Shown here in pieces: positions 37,840 through 49,300 of a stretch of 64,000 nt of DNA. The translations under genes and the position numbers were made by a program. This stretch comes from Bacteroidota bacterium (lineage in GTDB: Bacteria > Bacteroidota > Bacteroidia > Bacteroidales > JACABE01), in contig JAPLDQ010000048.1 in assembly GCA_026391675.1 (NCBI GenBank), positions 13,850-77,849 of the forward strand, in the 5' to 3' direction. How positions within the stretch are numbered: position 1 is the stretch's first letter; the number at the start of each line of letters is the position of its first letter. The notes beneath the pieces are model-generated. The model did not search any database, was not told where the DNA came from, and worked only from the letters and a program-made list of their open reading frames with translations.

Positions 37840-38394
37840 TCAAGCTGTATTTTTTAAAACAATTGCCCGGCTAAAAAAGACTTTTGGTCTTTCCTTAATC
37901 TCCATTCCTATTTCTTTGAGTTTGGTAATCATGGACTCAAATGATTTTTTAGGAACATGGAATTTTGGTTCAATTATAAATATCTGCCCATCAGGCTTTA
38001 CTATTGCTTTCAATTCACTAAATAATTTATCCTGATTGGCTACCTCATGTATCATATAGAAAGCCAGCACAAAATCCACTTTCTCAGTAATATCAATACT
38101 ATCTTCCTTGCATTTGTGGAGTTTTATTCTTTGTTCTAATTCAGTTCCCTTAATTTTTTGTCTGAGTTTTTCAAGCATACCGTGCTGTAAATCTGCAGCA
38201 ATTACTTTACCGGTATCATTAAGCAATTTTGCAATTTCTACTGAAAAAAAACCGGGACCACAACCTAAATCGAGAACTGTCATTCCTTCATGAATGTAAG
38301 GTTTTAATTTTTTTTCAGGGTTCTGTAGTAGTCTCCTGACAGAATTATCAAGACCCCCGGCTTTTTCAACAGGGCAGATTTTATTATCTTTCAT
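37840..38394 (-). CDS. Class I SAM-dependent methyltransferase
   Basis: Motif I VLDLGCGPGFF and an acidic post-I residue (VIAADL). 184 aa. Confidence 0.8.
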   Translation of the reverse strand: MKDNKICPVEKAGGLDNSVRRLLQNPEKKLKPYIHEGMTVLDLGCGPGFFSVEIAKLLNDTGKVIAADLQHGMLEKLRQKIKGTELEQRIKLHKCKEDSIDITEKVDFVLAFYMIHEVANQDKLFSELKAIVKPDGQIFIIEPKFHVPKKSFESMITKLKEIGMEIKERPKVFFSRAIVLKNTA

Positions 38395-38427
38395 TTTTAA
38401 ATAGATTGAATATTTTAATGCATCTTA

Positions 38428-39750
38428 CTATTCGAGTTTTAATTTCTTATTAGAAGGTGTTATTTTTCGTTTACCATTATTTTCAAATTGTTCTTCAATT
38501 GCAAATTGTTTTTCTAAATCGTGGTAAACTTCATTTTTTGTAGAGTAATGAAATGCCGGTAAGGATTTATTCCATTTCATTTTATTGTAAATATAATCGC
38601 ATGATGGCAAACTGGTCTTTTCATAAAACTTATCGGCAAGGTAAGATTTGATGTAATGGGTTATACTATCGGAATACCATTCATAAATATCAGTAATGGA
38701 ATACTCCTTTAAGCCTGTCAGCCCCCAATAATCGTTGGTAAAGCTTTGGCAAATCTTTTTTAGTGCCCATTTACCATTGATTTCTTCGTATTCCGTATAC
38801 AATTTTCCATCAGTGAACTCGCAAAAATATTTCATGGAAGGCAGTAAACAGTTATTATGCAATGGATAGTGATAATCCAGATTACGATACGAATTTCTTT
38901 CTATCTTTTTAAAGGCGAATGAATTGCGGTCGATAACGAATCTGCCTTCTTCCCGGCCTTCGTTATTCCAGCCAAGATCCCTAATGTTACTCACTCCATG
39001 TTCATCGTTTGTAAACTCCCGGCAACTATAGGTGATGACATAATCATCTGTTTTATTGCTAGTATCAAAATTAAAGGTATAGAAATAAAAAGCATTGGGA
39101 TTTAATGCTCCGGAAAGTAAATTATATACAGGATCCTGATCCAGTAAATCGGCAATCGAATTTTGCTCATAATAGTAATCATTAATGTCAAATTTGAAAT
39201 TGTTTCTCCGCATTTGTTCTACATAAAAGCCGTTACTTACAGAGATCCCTTTCTTTGAGGCTGACAGCCTGAACAATATTACAGTTTGCGCTTCTGCAAG
39301 GTTTTTGAATTCTCCATTCACCTTCTGATACTGGCGAAAGAATGAAAACGAAGCAAAACTTGAATCCAGATAATTAGCAGGAATCATATCAACTGCTTTC
39401 CTTACCGTTTCAACTGCACTTAGTCCTTTAACGGTAAATATTGAAAGTGAAAGGGGTTGCTTGTTAACATATATTTTTTCTGCTGTCTTATGTGTAAGCC
39501 GATAGGTAATAGTATCATGAAAGCCAATGGCTGAGATTTCGAAATGAAGTACTTTTAAGTTTGGTGGAATTTGAAAATGAAATTCACCTTCAAAATTTGT
39601 TTGTACGAAACTGCCAATATCTAAGGATTTAACTATGGCAAACTGTACGGGAGTTGAGTCCTGTTTACATAACAATATACCTTTGAAGCTGTATTGTCCA
39701 AAAAGGGCTAAAGACTGACAAATAAAAATAAAAGTCCAGAATGTTTTCAT
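38428..39750 (-). CDS. Secreted hypothetical protein with N-terminal carboxypeptidase-regulatory-like domain
   Basis: 440 aa with a signal peptide and GILLCKQDSTPVQFAIVKS...TNFEGEFHFQIP. The remainder is unrecognised and it has no T9SS CTD. Confidence 0.55.
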   Translation of the reverse strand: MKTFWTFIFICQSLALFGQYSFKGILLCKQDSTPVQFAIVKSLDIGSFVQTNFEGEFHFQIPPNLKVLHFEISAIGFHDTITYRLTHKTAEKIYVNKQPLSLSIFTVKGLSAVETVRKAVDMIPANYLDSSFASFSFFRQYQKVNGEFKNLAEAQTVILFRLSASKKGISVSNGFYVEQMRRNNFKFDINDYYYEQNSIADLLDQDPVYNLLSGALNPNAFYFYTFNFDTSNKTDDYVITYSCREFTNDEHGVSNIRDLGWNNEGREEGRFVIDRNSFAFKKIERNSYRNLDYHYPLHNNCLLPSMKYFCEFTDGKLYTEYEEINGKWALKKICQSFTNDYWGLTGLKEYSITDIYEWYSDSITHYIKSYLADKFYEKTSLPSCDYIYNKMKWNKSLPAFHYSTKNEVYHDLEKQFAIEEQFENNGKRKITPSNKKLKLE

Positions 39751-39795
39751 TCAAAATTTTCTATTTTAAAAGTCTTTTAACTGACGATAAAATCG

Positions 39796-39867
39796 TATTA
39801 TTCATCATTAACTCACAAAGTTAAATAAAAAACATAATCAATTGTAAATTAGGATGAAAAAATAATT
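39796..39867 (-). repeat. Copy A of a duplicated ~72-bp promoter/leader module
   Basis: 39812-39853 is identical (42/42) to 42180-42221, and the flanks remain similar. It contains TAACTTTG on the minus strand (39816-39823), 65 nt upstream of ATG 39750. Confidence 0.8.
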
Positions 39868-39966
39868 TGTCTTAAGTAAATGAAGCCTAAAACAAAACAG
39901 TTACATGTTTAAATACTATATAAAATTTCCGATTTTCGGGCAATATGCGAGTTATGGGCTGTAAAT

Positions 39967-42138
39967 TTATTCTTTAATAATCCTTGTTACTGCTGTCTGG
40001 TTTTTGCTTAACTGTCTTAAAATGTAAATCCCTTTTACCAATCCGCTTACGTCAATGTCTGTTTTTCCTTGCTGTATTTGTTGTTGCAGGATTATCCGGC
40101 CTTGTATATTGCAAATTTCAATGGTTGATTTTTGCGGGACATCAATTGTAAGCTTATTTTTGGTGGGATTAGGATATATCATGATACTGTTTGTACTTTC
40201 ATATTTAATGGAATTTGCAATATTACTTGTTGATAAAATATATACACCAGCCTGGTCAATACTGGTGTACCAGTATTCGTTATGCAATTCACCATCATAA
40301 GTAACATTAGGCAGTAATGTATCTTTTACCAGTGTCAGATTTGAAGGATTTGATATATTGAAAATCCGGATTCTGTCACCAGTACAATATGCACTGTCTC
40401 CTGCTATGCTGATATCTTTTATTTTTAATCCCGACCCATAAGTATCAAGCAATACAGGATTATTGACATTAGTCAGGTTTATTGCTGCAAATGTCTGATT
40501 TATACCATTTATATTGCCCGCAACATAGGCAATGTTGTTTTTGACCTCTACTGATGCCAGGTTAAAGTTACCCGGAAACCTGCCTACCTCAAAAGGATTT
40601 GTTTTGTTAGCAATATTTATGATAGATAATCCTGAGTCCTGGGTTACAACTAAATAATCACTACCGTATTTTGCAATATCATAAACAGTATAATTATTCA
40701 TTTGCGATATTAAAACAGGACTTGCCGGATTACTGATATTGACAATTCTGAGTGCTCCATAAAGTGGGGTTCCTCCCGAATTATAAAAAGCATAGTTACC
40801 CTCAACATACATTGCATCATAAGAGCCATAGCCGTCAGTACCCCAGTCTTGTAAAACTTCAACAGGACTGGCAGGATTTGAGATGTCAAGAATATTCAAA
40901 CCACCCCAGGCACCAAGGAGATAAAGGTAATTTCCCTGATGCGCTATGCTGTAATACCGTCCCGGCATATTAATAATAAAATTAATCATATGAGGTGATG
41001 ATGGGTTACTTATATCAACAACCCAGATTCCACCATTTCTTGATCCAATATACATGTAATTATTCACTACTTTAATGCAATATATTTGACCGGCATATTC
41101 TATTTGTCCGATATGAGACGGATTTGCAATATTTGTCGTTCTCCATATATCAATTCCCATGGACATCTGTGCTGTAAAAACAAAGTTCTGGTAAGGGAAA
41201 ATCCCTTCTGTATAGCCAACCGCATAACCACCGGATGTATAGGATGCTATACAAACAGTGCTTAAGTTAGCGGGATTGGTAATGTCAATTATCCGGAAAC
41301 CTTCATAACGGGTCGAAAGATATGCATAATTCCCGTTCAATTTAACAACAGAGGCATTGGGATCAGCATTGCCTCTGATAGAGTCAAGTACTACGGGATT
41401 GTTTGGATTTGATACGTTAAGGGACCATAGCCCCCAGTGATATTCTGCAACAAAAGCAATAGTATCTTTTATTGCCACACTTGAAATAGTATTTGGGGCT
41501 GTCCATGTTTTAATTAAAGCAGGAGAAGCAGTATTTGAAATATCAACAATATGCAAATTGCTTCCTTCGCAGATATAAGCACGACTTCCGGAAACGTCCA
41601 GGCTCCATGATTCAGCGTAATATCCCGGACCCCAATGTGCAGTTTCAAAAGGATTGGCGGGATTGCTTATGTTAACAATTATTAATGCATAACTTGCTCC
41701 GATTGCAGCTAAATAGGCGAAATTTCCCTGAATCTTTACATCAAAGAAAAAACCATATGAAGGATAGGACGGTTGATATGCCCATTTCCCAGTTATAACC
41801 GGGCTATAAGGGTTGATAATATTAACAATCACAAAATCCTTTTCGCTGGCAATATATAAATAATTCCCTTTTACATCAATTCCTCTGACCAGCGTATTGG
41901 TTCTGATAGTAGATATTGGAGCAGTATTCCAATTTAAACTGGCAATTAAGCTTGTATCTGTAATTGAATATATTTTTACCGAACTTCCTGATGTTGTGAA
42001 AAGGTAGCCATTTTGAACGCAAACTTTATAAGAAGCTCCATCAGTATAATGCCCAACAATATGTAACTGGGCCTGAATGCCTCCTGCTGTTGTTATTAAT
42101 ATTACCAAAGCAGCAATAATTGAAGATAATTTTTTCAA
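39967..42138 (-). CDS. LVIVD-repeat beta-propeller protein with type-A T9SS C-terminal domain
   Basis: 723 aa with a signal peptide and at least 10 repeats of the form h-h-I-V-D/N-I-S-N-P-x-x-P (LHIVDISNTASP, FRIIDITNPANL, IWVVDISNPSSP...). C-terminal IYPNPTKNKLTIDV. TTG start. Confidence 0.8.
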   Translation of the reverse strand: MKKLSSIIAALVILITTAGGIQAQLHIVGHYTDGASYKVCVQNGYLFTTSGSSVKIYSITDTSLIASLNWNTAPISTIRTNTLVRGIDVKGNYLYIASEKDFVIVNIINPYSPVITGKWAYQPSYPSYGFFFDVKIQGNFAYLAAIGASYALIIVNISNPANPFETAHWGPGYYAESWSLDVSGSRAYICEGSNLHIVDISNTASPALIKTWTAPNTISSVAIKDTIAFVAEYHWGLWSLNVSNPNNPVVLDSIRGNADPNASVVKLNGNYAYLSTRYEGFRIIDITNPANLSTVCIASYTSGGYAVGYTEGIFPYQNFVFTAQMSMGIDIWRTTNIANPSHIGQIEYAGQIYCIKVVNNYMYIGSRNGGIWVVDISNPSSPHMINFIINMPGRYYSIAHQGNYLYLLGAWGGLNILDISNPASPVEVLQDWGTDGYGSYDAMYVEGNYAFYNSGGTPLYGALRIVNISNPASPVLISQMNNYTVYDIAKYGSDYLVVTQDSGLSIINIANKTNPFEVGRFPGNFNLASVEVKNNIAYVAGNINGINQTFAAINLTNVNNPVLLDTYGSGLKIKDISIAGDSAYCTGDRIRIFNISNPSNLTLVKDTLLPNVTYDGELHNEYWYTSIDQAGVYILSTSNIANSIKYESTNSIMIYPNPTKNKLTIDVPQKSTIEICNIQGRIILQQQIQQGKTDIDVSGLVKGIYILRQLSKNQTAVTRIIKE

Positions 42139-42163
42139 AATTATTTTGGCTTTTGTTTTAGTG

Positions 42164-42235
42164 TATTATTTATCCTTACCTCACAAAGTTAAATAAAAAA
42201 CATAATCAATTGTAAATTAGGCAGAAAAAATAAAT
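42164..42235 (-). repeat. Copy B of the duplicated promoter/leader module
   Basis: See copy A. TAACTTTG on the minus strand at 42184-42191, 45 nt upstream of the start at 42138. Confidence 0.8.
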
Positions 42236-42239
42236 AAAG

Positions 42240-42267
42240 AAGCTGAAATGATGCATATATGCAGCTT
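42240..42267 (-). terminator. Possible terminator of the GH43 gene
   Basis: AAGCTG (42240-42245) / CAGCTT (42262-42267), with an internal GCATATATGC palindrome and a T-rich tail on the minus strand. Confidence 0.4.
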
Positions 42268-42336
42268 AAATTAAGTTATTATCCGGAGAACGCCTTAAAG
42301 TCGCAGTCAGTTTAACTGGTAAAATCGGTTAATTCT

Positions 42337-43695
42337 TTATTTATAAACAGGTTCAATAATGAAGTAATCAATTTTAAGGTCAGCATTGTCATGCGAAGTA
42401 AAACGGATTTTATTATCGCCTTCTTTCAATTGCACTTCACCTAAATTTATTTCCTCCCAGCCCTTTGTTTTCTTTATTTTTAAGCCATCCCAGCCTGCCA
42501 TCATTTTAGCGCCCACCAAAATATCAGCAGCAAAATCTTGATCAGCAGCAATCCTTATTTTTAATACAGCTTTCATATCTTTAGCCACCTGGACCAGTAC
42601 TTCAACATAGTTACGGCGAACAAAGCCTGTAACATATCCTTTTCCTGAATAACCGCCCAAGCTTGTTTCTACGACAGTTCCTTCGAGTCGTCCGCCTGCC
42701 GCCCTGCCATTTTCGGCTTCCAGAAAGATAATACAATGCTGGTCGGGATTTGCATTTGAGATTCCTGCAGCATCAGGGTTTATTGTCTTAATCGTGCCGT
42801 CAGCATTATAATACATATAGTCTGCCATAAGGTTGCGCACTTCACTCATCCCTTCTGAAAGCCAGGCACTGTGATAAAAAGCAATCCAGTTGTTTTTGAA
42901 TTTTATGATGGAACCATGGTTGGTACCTGATTGCATTTTAAAGCGGGGAATATATTTTCCTGCATATTTATAGGGACCAAGTGCTTTGCCGGCAATGGCA
43001 TAATACATTTCTTCTGGCCATTTTTTATCAGGAAGTCCGGGATAAGAAAGGTAATATTTCCCCTGATACTTATGCACCCACGGACCTTCGAATAACTCAA
43101 AAAGCTGATCCGATAAATCAATCATTGTTGATGGGATAATAGATTTTAAATCATCTGTAAGCTCTGCAGCATAGCATTTTCCGCCGGCGCCCCAATAGAG
43201 GTAAGGTGTGTTATCGTCATCAATAAAAAGTGCAGGATCCTGACCCAGATCAATACCCTTTATATAACCAATATTGGTAAATGGTCCCTGCGGAACATCA
43301 CTCACAGCTAAACCGGTTCGCATTAATCCGCTCGCTTTTTCGAACATACAAAAAATGAGATAGTACTTTCCGTGCCGGTAGCATGCATCGCAGGCCCAGG
43401 CATAGCTAATGCCCCAATCCACATTATCTATCGATAAAACCTGACCATAATCTATCCAGTTTTTCATGTCAGAAGTTGAGAATACATGATAATCGGACAT
43501 AGTAGCATGATGATTAGTTCCCGGAACATCGTGTGAAGTATACAGCCATAATTTGTTGGTATCGCCCGGCCATACATGGGCAGATGGGTCGGCAGCGAAT
43601 ATATGAGTAATCAATGGTTGCTGACTGTAGCTATGGTTAGCATAAATCAGTAAAAACAAAATAATGTTAGCTATAAATGATTTATTTTTTCTCAT
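42337..43695 (-). CDS. Glycoside hydrolase family 43 with C-terminal CBM6/35-like module
   Basis: Signal peptide, FAADPSAHVW, GPWVHKYQGKYYLSY and TNHGSII motifs. The C-terminal IFLEAENG...GYVTGF...KIDYFIIEP is typical of a CBM6-type module. Confidence 0.8.
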   Translation of the reverse strand: MRKNKSFIANIILFLLIYANHSYSQQPLITHIFAADPSAHVWPGDTNKLWLYTSHDVPGTNHHATMSDYHVFSTSDMKNWIDYGQVLSIDNVDWGISYAWACDACYRHGKYYLIFCMFEKASGLMRTGLAVSDVPQGPFTNIGYIKGIDLGQDPALFIDDDNTPYLYWGAGGKCYAAELTDDLKSIIPSTMIDLSDQLFELFEGPWVHKYQGKYYLSYPGLPDKKWPEEMYYAIAGKALGPYKYAGKYIPRFKMQSGTNHGSIIKFKNNWIAFYHSAWLSEGMSEVRNLMADYMYYNADGTIKTINPDAAGISNANPDQHCIIFLEAENGRAAGGRLEGTVVETSLGGYSGKGYVTGFVRRNYVEVLVQVAKDMKAVLKIRIAADQDFAADILVGAKMMAGWDGLKIKKTKGWEEINLGEVQLKEGDNKIRFTSHDNADLKIDYFIIEPVYK

Positions 43696-44013
43696 ATGAT
43701 TTTCCGGCTATTAATGGTAAAATTTATAATTGAAAATCATTTTTTTATCAAAAATAAGTCTTTTATAGCAATTTCCAAAAATATATTGCGTCTCAATTTA
43801 ATGAGCTGTTGAGAGGTGCATGCTGTTAGTTGAAACACTCTACCTATCAGCTAATTACCTTCAGGATAGTCTAACCGACTAGCAATTTGTTGTTTTGATC
43901 TTATTTAATTTCTTCCTGCACAATATACAAAAAACGGTTTGAAGTATGCTATTTTGATTGCGAATAGAACATTCATTCAATTTTGGAACAGTTTGGCTCG
44001 CAACTCTATTTCT

Positions 44014-44391
44014 TTATTTTATCATCGGTAGGTATTTTCTCCGATTCTCAATAATTACCCATATTTCTATACACCACAGTATGAGCACTAAAGGTAGTCC
44101 TGATGGTGCAAACAGGATATGAGTTAAAAGTATTCCTATAAGAACCGGAAAAATAATTATTGCCCCAAGTGCTCTGAATTTATTGGTAATAAAAAGTATT
44201 CCACCGAGAATTTCGGCAACTGCTATAAGTGGCATGAGCCAGCCTATTTGCATAAATGCTGTCATCAACTTTATCATGCTTTCCGGTAAGTCTTTGGGCA
44301 TTGGCATATAATTAAAAAATTTATTTAGTCCTGAGTTGATGAACAGAAGACCAAAAAGCAGACATACTCCAAATAGAATTTTCTTTTTCAT
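44014..44391 (-). CDS. DoxX-family membrane protein
   Basis: 125 aa with 4 TM and NSGLNKF near the N-terminus. Confidence 0.55.
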   Translation of the reverse strand: MKKKILFGVCLLFGLLFINSGLNKFFNYMPMPKDLPESMIKLMTAFMQIGWLMPLIAVAEILGGILFITNKFRALGAIIIFPVLIGILLTHILFAPSGLPLVLILWCIEIWVIIENRRKYLPMIK

Positions 44392-44487
44392 AGGTTTTAT
44401 CTTTTAATTTACAAATATAAGGTTTTTATATTGGTTGATAAACAGCCAGTTTCGATTTTCAAATATTGTTTGATAACAAAATTGATT

Positions 44488-44949
44488 TTAATTCAATCCT
44501 TTCAGAATAGCCAAAGCATCGTCGACATGTTTTTTTGTTTGTGTTTGAGAATCGAAAATAAAAACCACTTTGCCTTTTTTATCTATGACATAAGTTACCC
44601 TGCCGGGCAACAATCCAAATAAATTTGTAGGAACGCCAAAAAGCTTCCGTATTTTATTTCCTTCGTCGCTTAACAATGTATAACTAAGCCTGTATTTTTC
44701 TGCAAATTTTTTATGACTTTCGATAGATTGGCCGCTGATTCCAATAATCAGGGCATCCGCTTCGGTAAAAACCTCAAACTGGTCGCGAAAATAACAGGCT
44801 TCTTTGGTACAACCCGGACTGTCGTCTTTTGGATAAAAATAAATCACCAGATTCTTTTTGCCGAGCACAGAATCAATGGAAAACAAATTTCCATGTTGGT
44901 CTTTTAAACTAAATTGCGGGACTATGCTCCCGACTTCAATTTTTTTCAT
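44488..44949 (-). CDS. bcp: Thiol peroxidase / peroxiredoxin Bcp
   Basis: FYPKDDSPGCTKEAC active site. The start is set at MKKIEVG (ATG 44949, about 153 aa); the track ORF extends to 45072. Confidence 0.85.
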   Translation of the reverse strand: MKKIEVGSIVPQFSLKDQHGNLFSIDSVLGKKNLVIYFYPKDDSPGCTKEACYFRDQFEVFTEADALIIGISGQSIESHKKFAEKYRLSYTLLSDEGNKIRKLFGVPTNLFGLLPGRVTYVIDKKGKVVFIFDSQTQTKKHVDDALAILKGLN

Positions 44950-45190
44950 ATTTTGAGTTGAATTAAAAAAAGTAAAACAGCTGAACAATGCTATATAAAT
45001 GATTAGATACATACGATAAAAATTTCTGAATTTTAAATAATTTCTGTTATACGGAGCATAGCTTAATGTCACAGTCCGGATGGTATATTATCAGTACTAC
45101 TGAGAGCTGGATATTGTAATGAGGTATCAATGCTCTGTATATTAGAGGAACTCCGGGTGCAAGTGAGTCTGCCCGATTAGCGACGATATT

Positions 45191-46060
45191 TCATTTATTT
45201 AAACCTACAGCCATTTTATAAGCCAGTGTGGCATCGGGAAGCGGTGTCATCGTCTCAGATAATATATTGTAGGTTCCTTTTTCTGATAATTCGTCGGCAA
45301 CTTTTTTAATTAAAGCCAAGCTAGCTTTCATCAAACCTGAACCAAGGCTTAAACGGGCAACACCTAAATCCTGCAGTTCACTTACGGATGGAGGTAACCC
45401 TGCTCCAATTCCGGGGTTTGAAAGTATATTAATCGGGGCATTAATTTCCTTAACCAGAGTTGAAATCATTTCTTTTTCCCCAACAGGCTGAACAAAAATG
45501 CAGTCTGCACCTGCTTCCCTGTATTTATTGCCACGCTTTATCGATTCAGATAATTTTTCTTTTGGTGAAGCATTGGAAGTATAAAATGAATCAGTCCTTG
45601 CATTAATTACTAAATGAAAGCCCAGTGAATCAGATAATGCACGAATAGCTGATATCCTTTCACAAAATTCCATCTCGTCTATTAATACCGGATTTAAATC
45701 ATTACTGTCTTCAATGTTTATTCCAACAATTCCTGTTGCAATTATCTTTTGGACTGAATCAATGATTTCGTTAATATTATTTCCATATCCGGCTTCAAAA
45801 TCGACAGTTACAGGAAGTTTTACTCCATTAACTATCCCAGTGACAACTTCAATCATTTCTGACAATTGTATTATCTGGCAGTCGGGATAACCTAAAGAGG
45901 CAGCAATTCCCATACTTGTTGTTGCGATAGCTTTATAACCACATGCTTCTATAAGTTTAGAACTTCCTGTGTCCCATGAGTTTAATAGAACCAGAATTTC
46001 TTTATCCTGATGATACTTCAGGAACATTTCAGCTTTTTCTTTTTGAATACTTGTAACCAT
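45191..46060 (-). CDS. Isocitrate lyase / PEP mutase superfamily protein
   Basis: 289 aa with NSWDTGSS...AIATTS, VTVDFEAGYG and GINIEDS motifs. Confidence 0.75.
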   Translation of the reverse strand: MVTSIQKEKAEMFLKYHQDKEILVLLNSWDTGSSKLIEACGYKAIATTSMGIAASLGYPDCQIIQLSEMIEVVTGIVNGVKLPVTVDFEAGYGNNINEIIDSVQKIIATGIVGINIEDSNDLNPVLIDEMEFCERISAIRALSDSLGFHLVINARTDSFYTSNASPKEKLSESIKRGNKYREAGADCIFVQPVGEKEMISTLVKEINAPINILSNPGIGAGLPPSVSELQDLGVARLSLGSGLMKASLALIKKVADELSEKGTYNILSETMTPLPDATLAYKMAVGLNK

Positions 46061-46321
46061 AATCCTAATATATTATCTTGTTATAAAAAAAACTTCTAGT
46101 TGAATTGCCACAATCTTAATTAAATGTCTTATAAAATCAAAACTTTACATCCATATTTGTAGGTATGATTCTGATAAGTGACATATTTATTTAATCAACA
46201 AATAGAAATTATATTTGTTATAATTCGTCTTAGGATGATAGGTCTTTATATCCGAAGAGAGGTTTAAAATCGCATTCAGGAGCGGAGGAAATCTTTTATT
46301 TCCATTAAACAGAAAGTGGAA

Positions 46322-49300
46322 TCAGATTGTATATTCTTTCAATTCAACAATAAATACCGTGCCTTTATCGGCTTCTGATTCAAAACGTATGCTGCCACCT
46401 GTATTTTCGATAATGCTCTTTACAATGGCCAGTCCAAGGCCTGAGCCTCCTGTTTTGGTGGTAAAATCTGGTGAAAATATCTTGTCGGTCTGAGTAGTTT
46501 CAATACCAACACCATTATCAGCAATTGTAACTTTTACGTTTGTATTTTGCTTTTCAACAGCAATTTTAATCATGCCTTCTTTAGTTGCCGGTATGGCCTG
46601 AATGGCATTTTTAATCAGGTTGATAAATACGCGGATAAGTTGTTTCCTGTCGGCCAACACATAGCAATTTTCAATCCATTGCGTTTCAAAACGGATCTTA
46701 TTTTCAGTATTATCCCGGTATAAATCCAGGGCATGCTGAATACAGTCTGTTATTTCTACTTTTTCAAAATCAGTGCGGGGCAGTTTGGTGAAATCCGAAA
46801 ATTCAGATGCAATAACCGAAAGAGAATCTATCTGCTCCACTATGGTATTGGTAAAGCGTTTCAGTCTTTGCTCCCAGTCGGGGTCTTTATCTTCCCATGC
46901 TTTTTGCAGATGCTGTATGCTGAGTTTCATGGGTGTAAGCGGATTCTTGATTTCGTGGGCTACCTGCTTGGCCATTTCGCGCCAGGCTTCTTCTCTTTCC
47001 GATTTGGCAAGCATTTCGGCACTTCTTGCTAATTGGTCGAGCATACTGTTGTATTCATTGATTAAATTCCCGATTTCGTCATTCTTGTTCCAGTCGATTT
47101 TTTCGTTCTTTTTGCCCAGTTTGATGTTGCTCAGTTTGTCCTTAATCAGCTTGAGCGGGCGTGTGATGTAATTGGAAATAAAGAGGGCCATAAAAACTGC
47201 CACAGCAATCAGGAAAACATAAATATTAAGATAGGCCTTTAAAAATGAGGAAATCTCTTTCTTAAGTTCGCTTTGTTTTGCAAAATAAGGCAGGTTTACA
47301 TAAGCAATGAGTTTATTTTCGTTGTTACGGAATGGCATATAGGCAGATAAATACTCATCTTTACCGATATTTTCTTTTTCGACAAATTGTGTTTTGCCTG
47401 TATTTCTAAGTTCAAAATAAGCCTGAGGATTCATTTTTCTTGATATCAGGCCTTCATCAAAAAGCTGTTCACGGGAGGAAGCTATCAGATCGCCATTGGT
47501 ATCGAATATGTTAATATCTGTAAAGAAAACATTGGATAATTTTATCAGCATATCATTGATTTCCCCGTTGAGCTGAGGTGTAATCGCATGCATATTACCC
47601 AGTTTATGCTCAATTTCTATAAGCACCGAATGTGTTTTCTCTGTAAGTAATTCAGTATTCTTTTCGTTATTCAGGGATTTGATATAAATGATGGTTGTAA
47701 TTCCAATAATGACAAATGAAATGATAATTATAGCCAGTACAGACAGCTGAAGCCGGGTTTTAAAGTTTAAAAATGAAGGGAAGATGGTAATGAAGTTCCC
47801 TGTGATAAAGAAAAATAATATGGTTGCCAATCCCAGAAATATAAATACGAAGGAGAAAGGAGCAAAGCGTTCAATCAAACTAACATTGGGCGTACTTATG
47901 ATAAAGTCAGTTTTTTTATTAACATGATAATGCAAGTGATTGTATGCCTCTTTGTCTTCGAAACTGAATTCTTCGCTTTTATCGTGGGTTTGCAGGATGT
48001 TTTCGTACAGATATTTTCCAAAATGCTTAACCAGCAATCCGTTGGTATAACTTGCAAATGAATAATTGCTTAAATCAGGGCTAACGTTCATGTTTTTATC
48101 TATAAGCAGTTCAGGATAACCGAGATCCTTGGCGATAAATTTGGCATCCAATTCAATATAGAGGGAGGTTCTTAACAATGAATCGTTTAAATCTTCGAAG
48201 AAGCGGAATAAAGCAATATAGCTGTTACTTCCGTTTCCATAATCGAGGGTGTAAAAATTCTCAGTTGTTGTAGGTTTACCTATGGCTGTTATTTTATCAT
48301 AGAAATAATTATCGCAATTCACATTGATATAATCGGGATTGATAATCAGTTTCTCAAAGTCCTTGCAAATGGTCATCTGTTCGGAATACTTGCTTAAATA
48401 TCCTTTAAAATAGGTAGTTTTCAAATAATTTATAATGGAATCCTTAGGATAAAATAGTTTTAGTTGTCTGTTGATATTGGTATCCGCCTTTATTTTAGGC
48501 ATTATATCTTTAAATAAAAACTCTGCAATCGGGTCATTTTCTGCGGTCAGCTTTTGAACCAGTAATTTTCGTTTGCCTTTTTCCTTGATTTCATTGTATT
48601 TATAAAATGAAAAGGTAGAAAACAAAGAGAAGAAAAACAGTAACAGTATCAGTTGCTGGAAAGTTTTTATTTTATGGGTGTATCTCTCGAAAACAAACAG
48701 GATTATGATTAAACAAATAAATGCAAAGGGATAAAATATACCTTCCCTTAAAAAAGCAGGTAAAGGGAGTAATATAAAAACCAAAATTGCTGTTAAAAAT
48801 ATCAGACCTAGGAATTTAATACTTTTTAGCTGATAATATGCCATACTGAACAGACGCATAGTAAAAAATAAAAAGGAGAGGCTGATTGCAAATATAGAGA
48901 AACAAGCCAATATGCTTTCGAATGTAAAACCAAATATGTTGTTTAAGTTAAGTACAATGCTGGAGTCGATAATGATACTTTTAAACAGTACTACATAAAA
49001 ATAATATAATACTATTGCACTCAACAGAACCAGAGTACAGCTTATTCTGTTCTGCCATGGCATAAGTCTGGTAAAAACCGTTTTCGGATTTATCTTTATA
49101 AAAAACAGATAAGCAACATAAAGCAGGACAATAGCATTGATAAACAAATCGCCCAGCGACGGCAGGTAACTTGCCGATGCATAATAGTAAGGACTGAAAA
49201 GCCTGGAGTCATAAAGTATAGCGGGGATGTGAAAGAAGAAAACCAATATACGCAGTATAAATACATCCAATGCAAACAATATAAATTTGATAAGTGGATA

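Noticed and set aside
43836-43887. tRNA or tRNA remnant in the 318-bp spacer upstream of the GH43 gene
   Set aside because: On the minus strand, GGTAATTAGCTGATAGGTAGAGTG and TTGCTAGTCGGTTAGACT resemble tRNA acceptor/D-arm halves. I could not fold a D-stem with more than 3 pairs, any anticodon stem or a T-arm. At best these are decayed fragments. tRNAscan-SE or Infernal would settle it.
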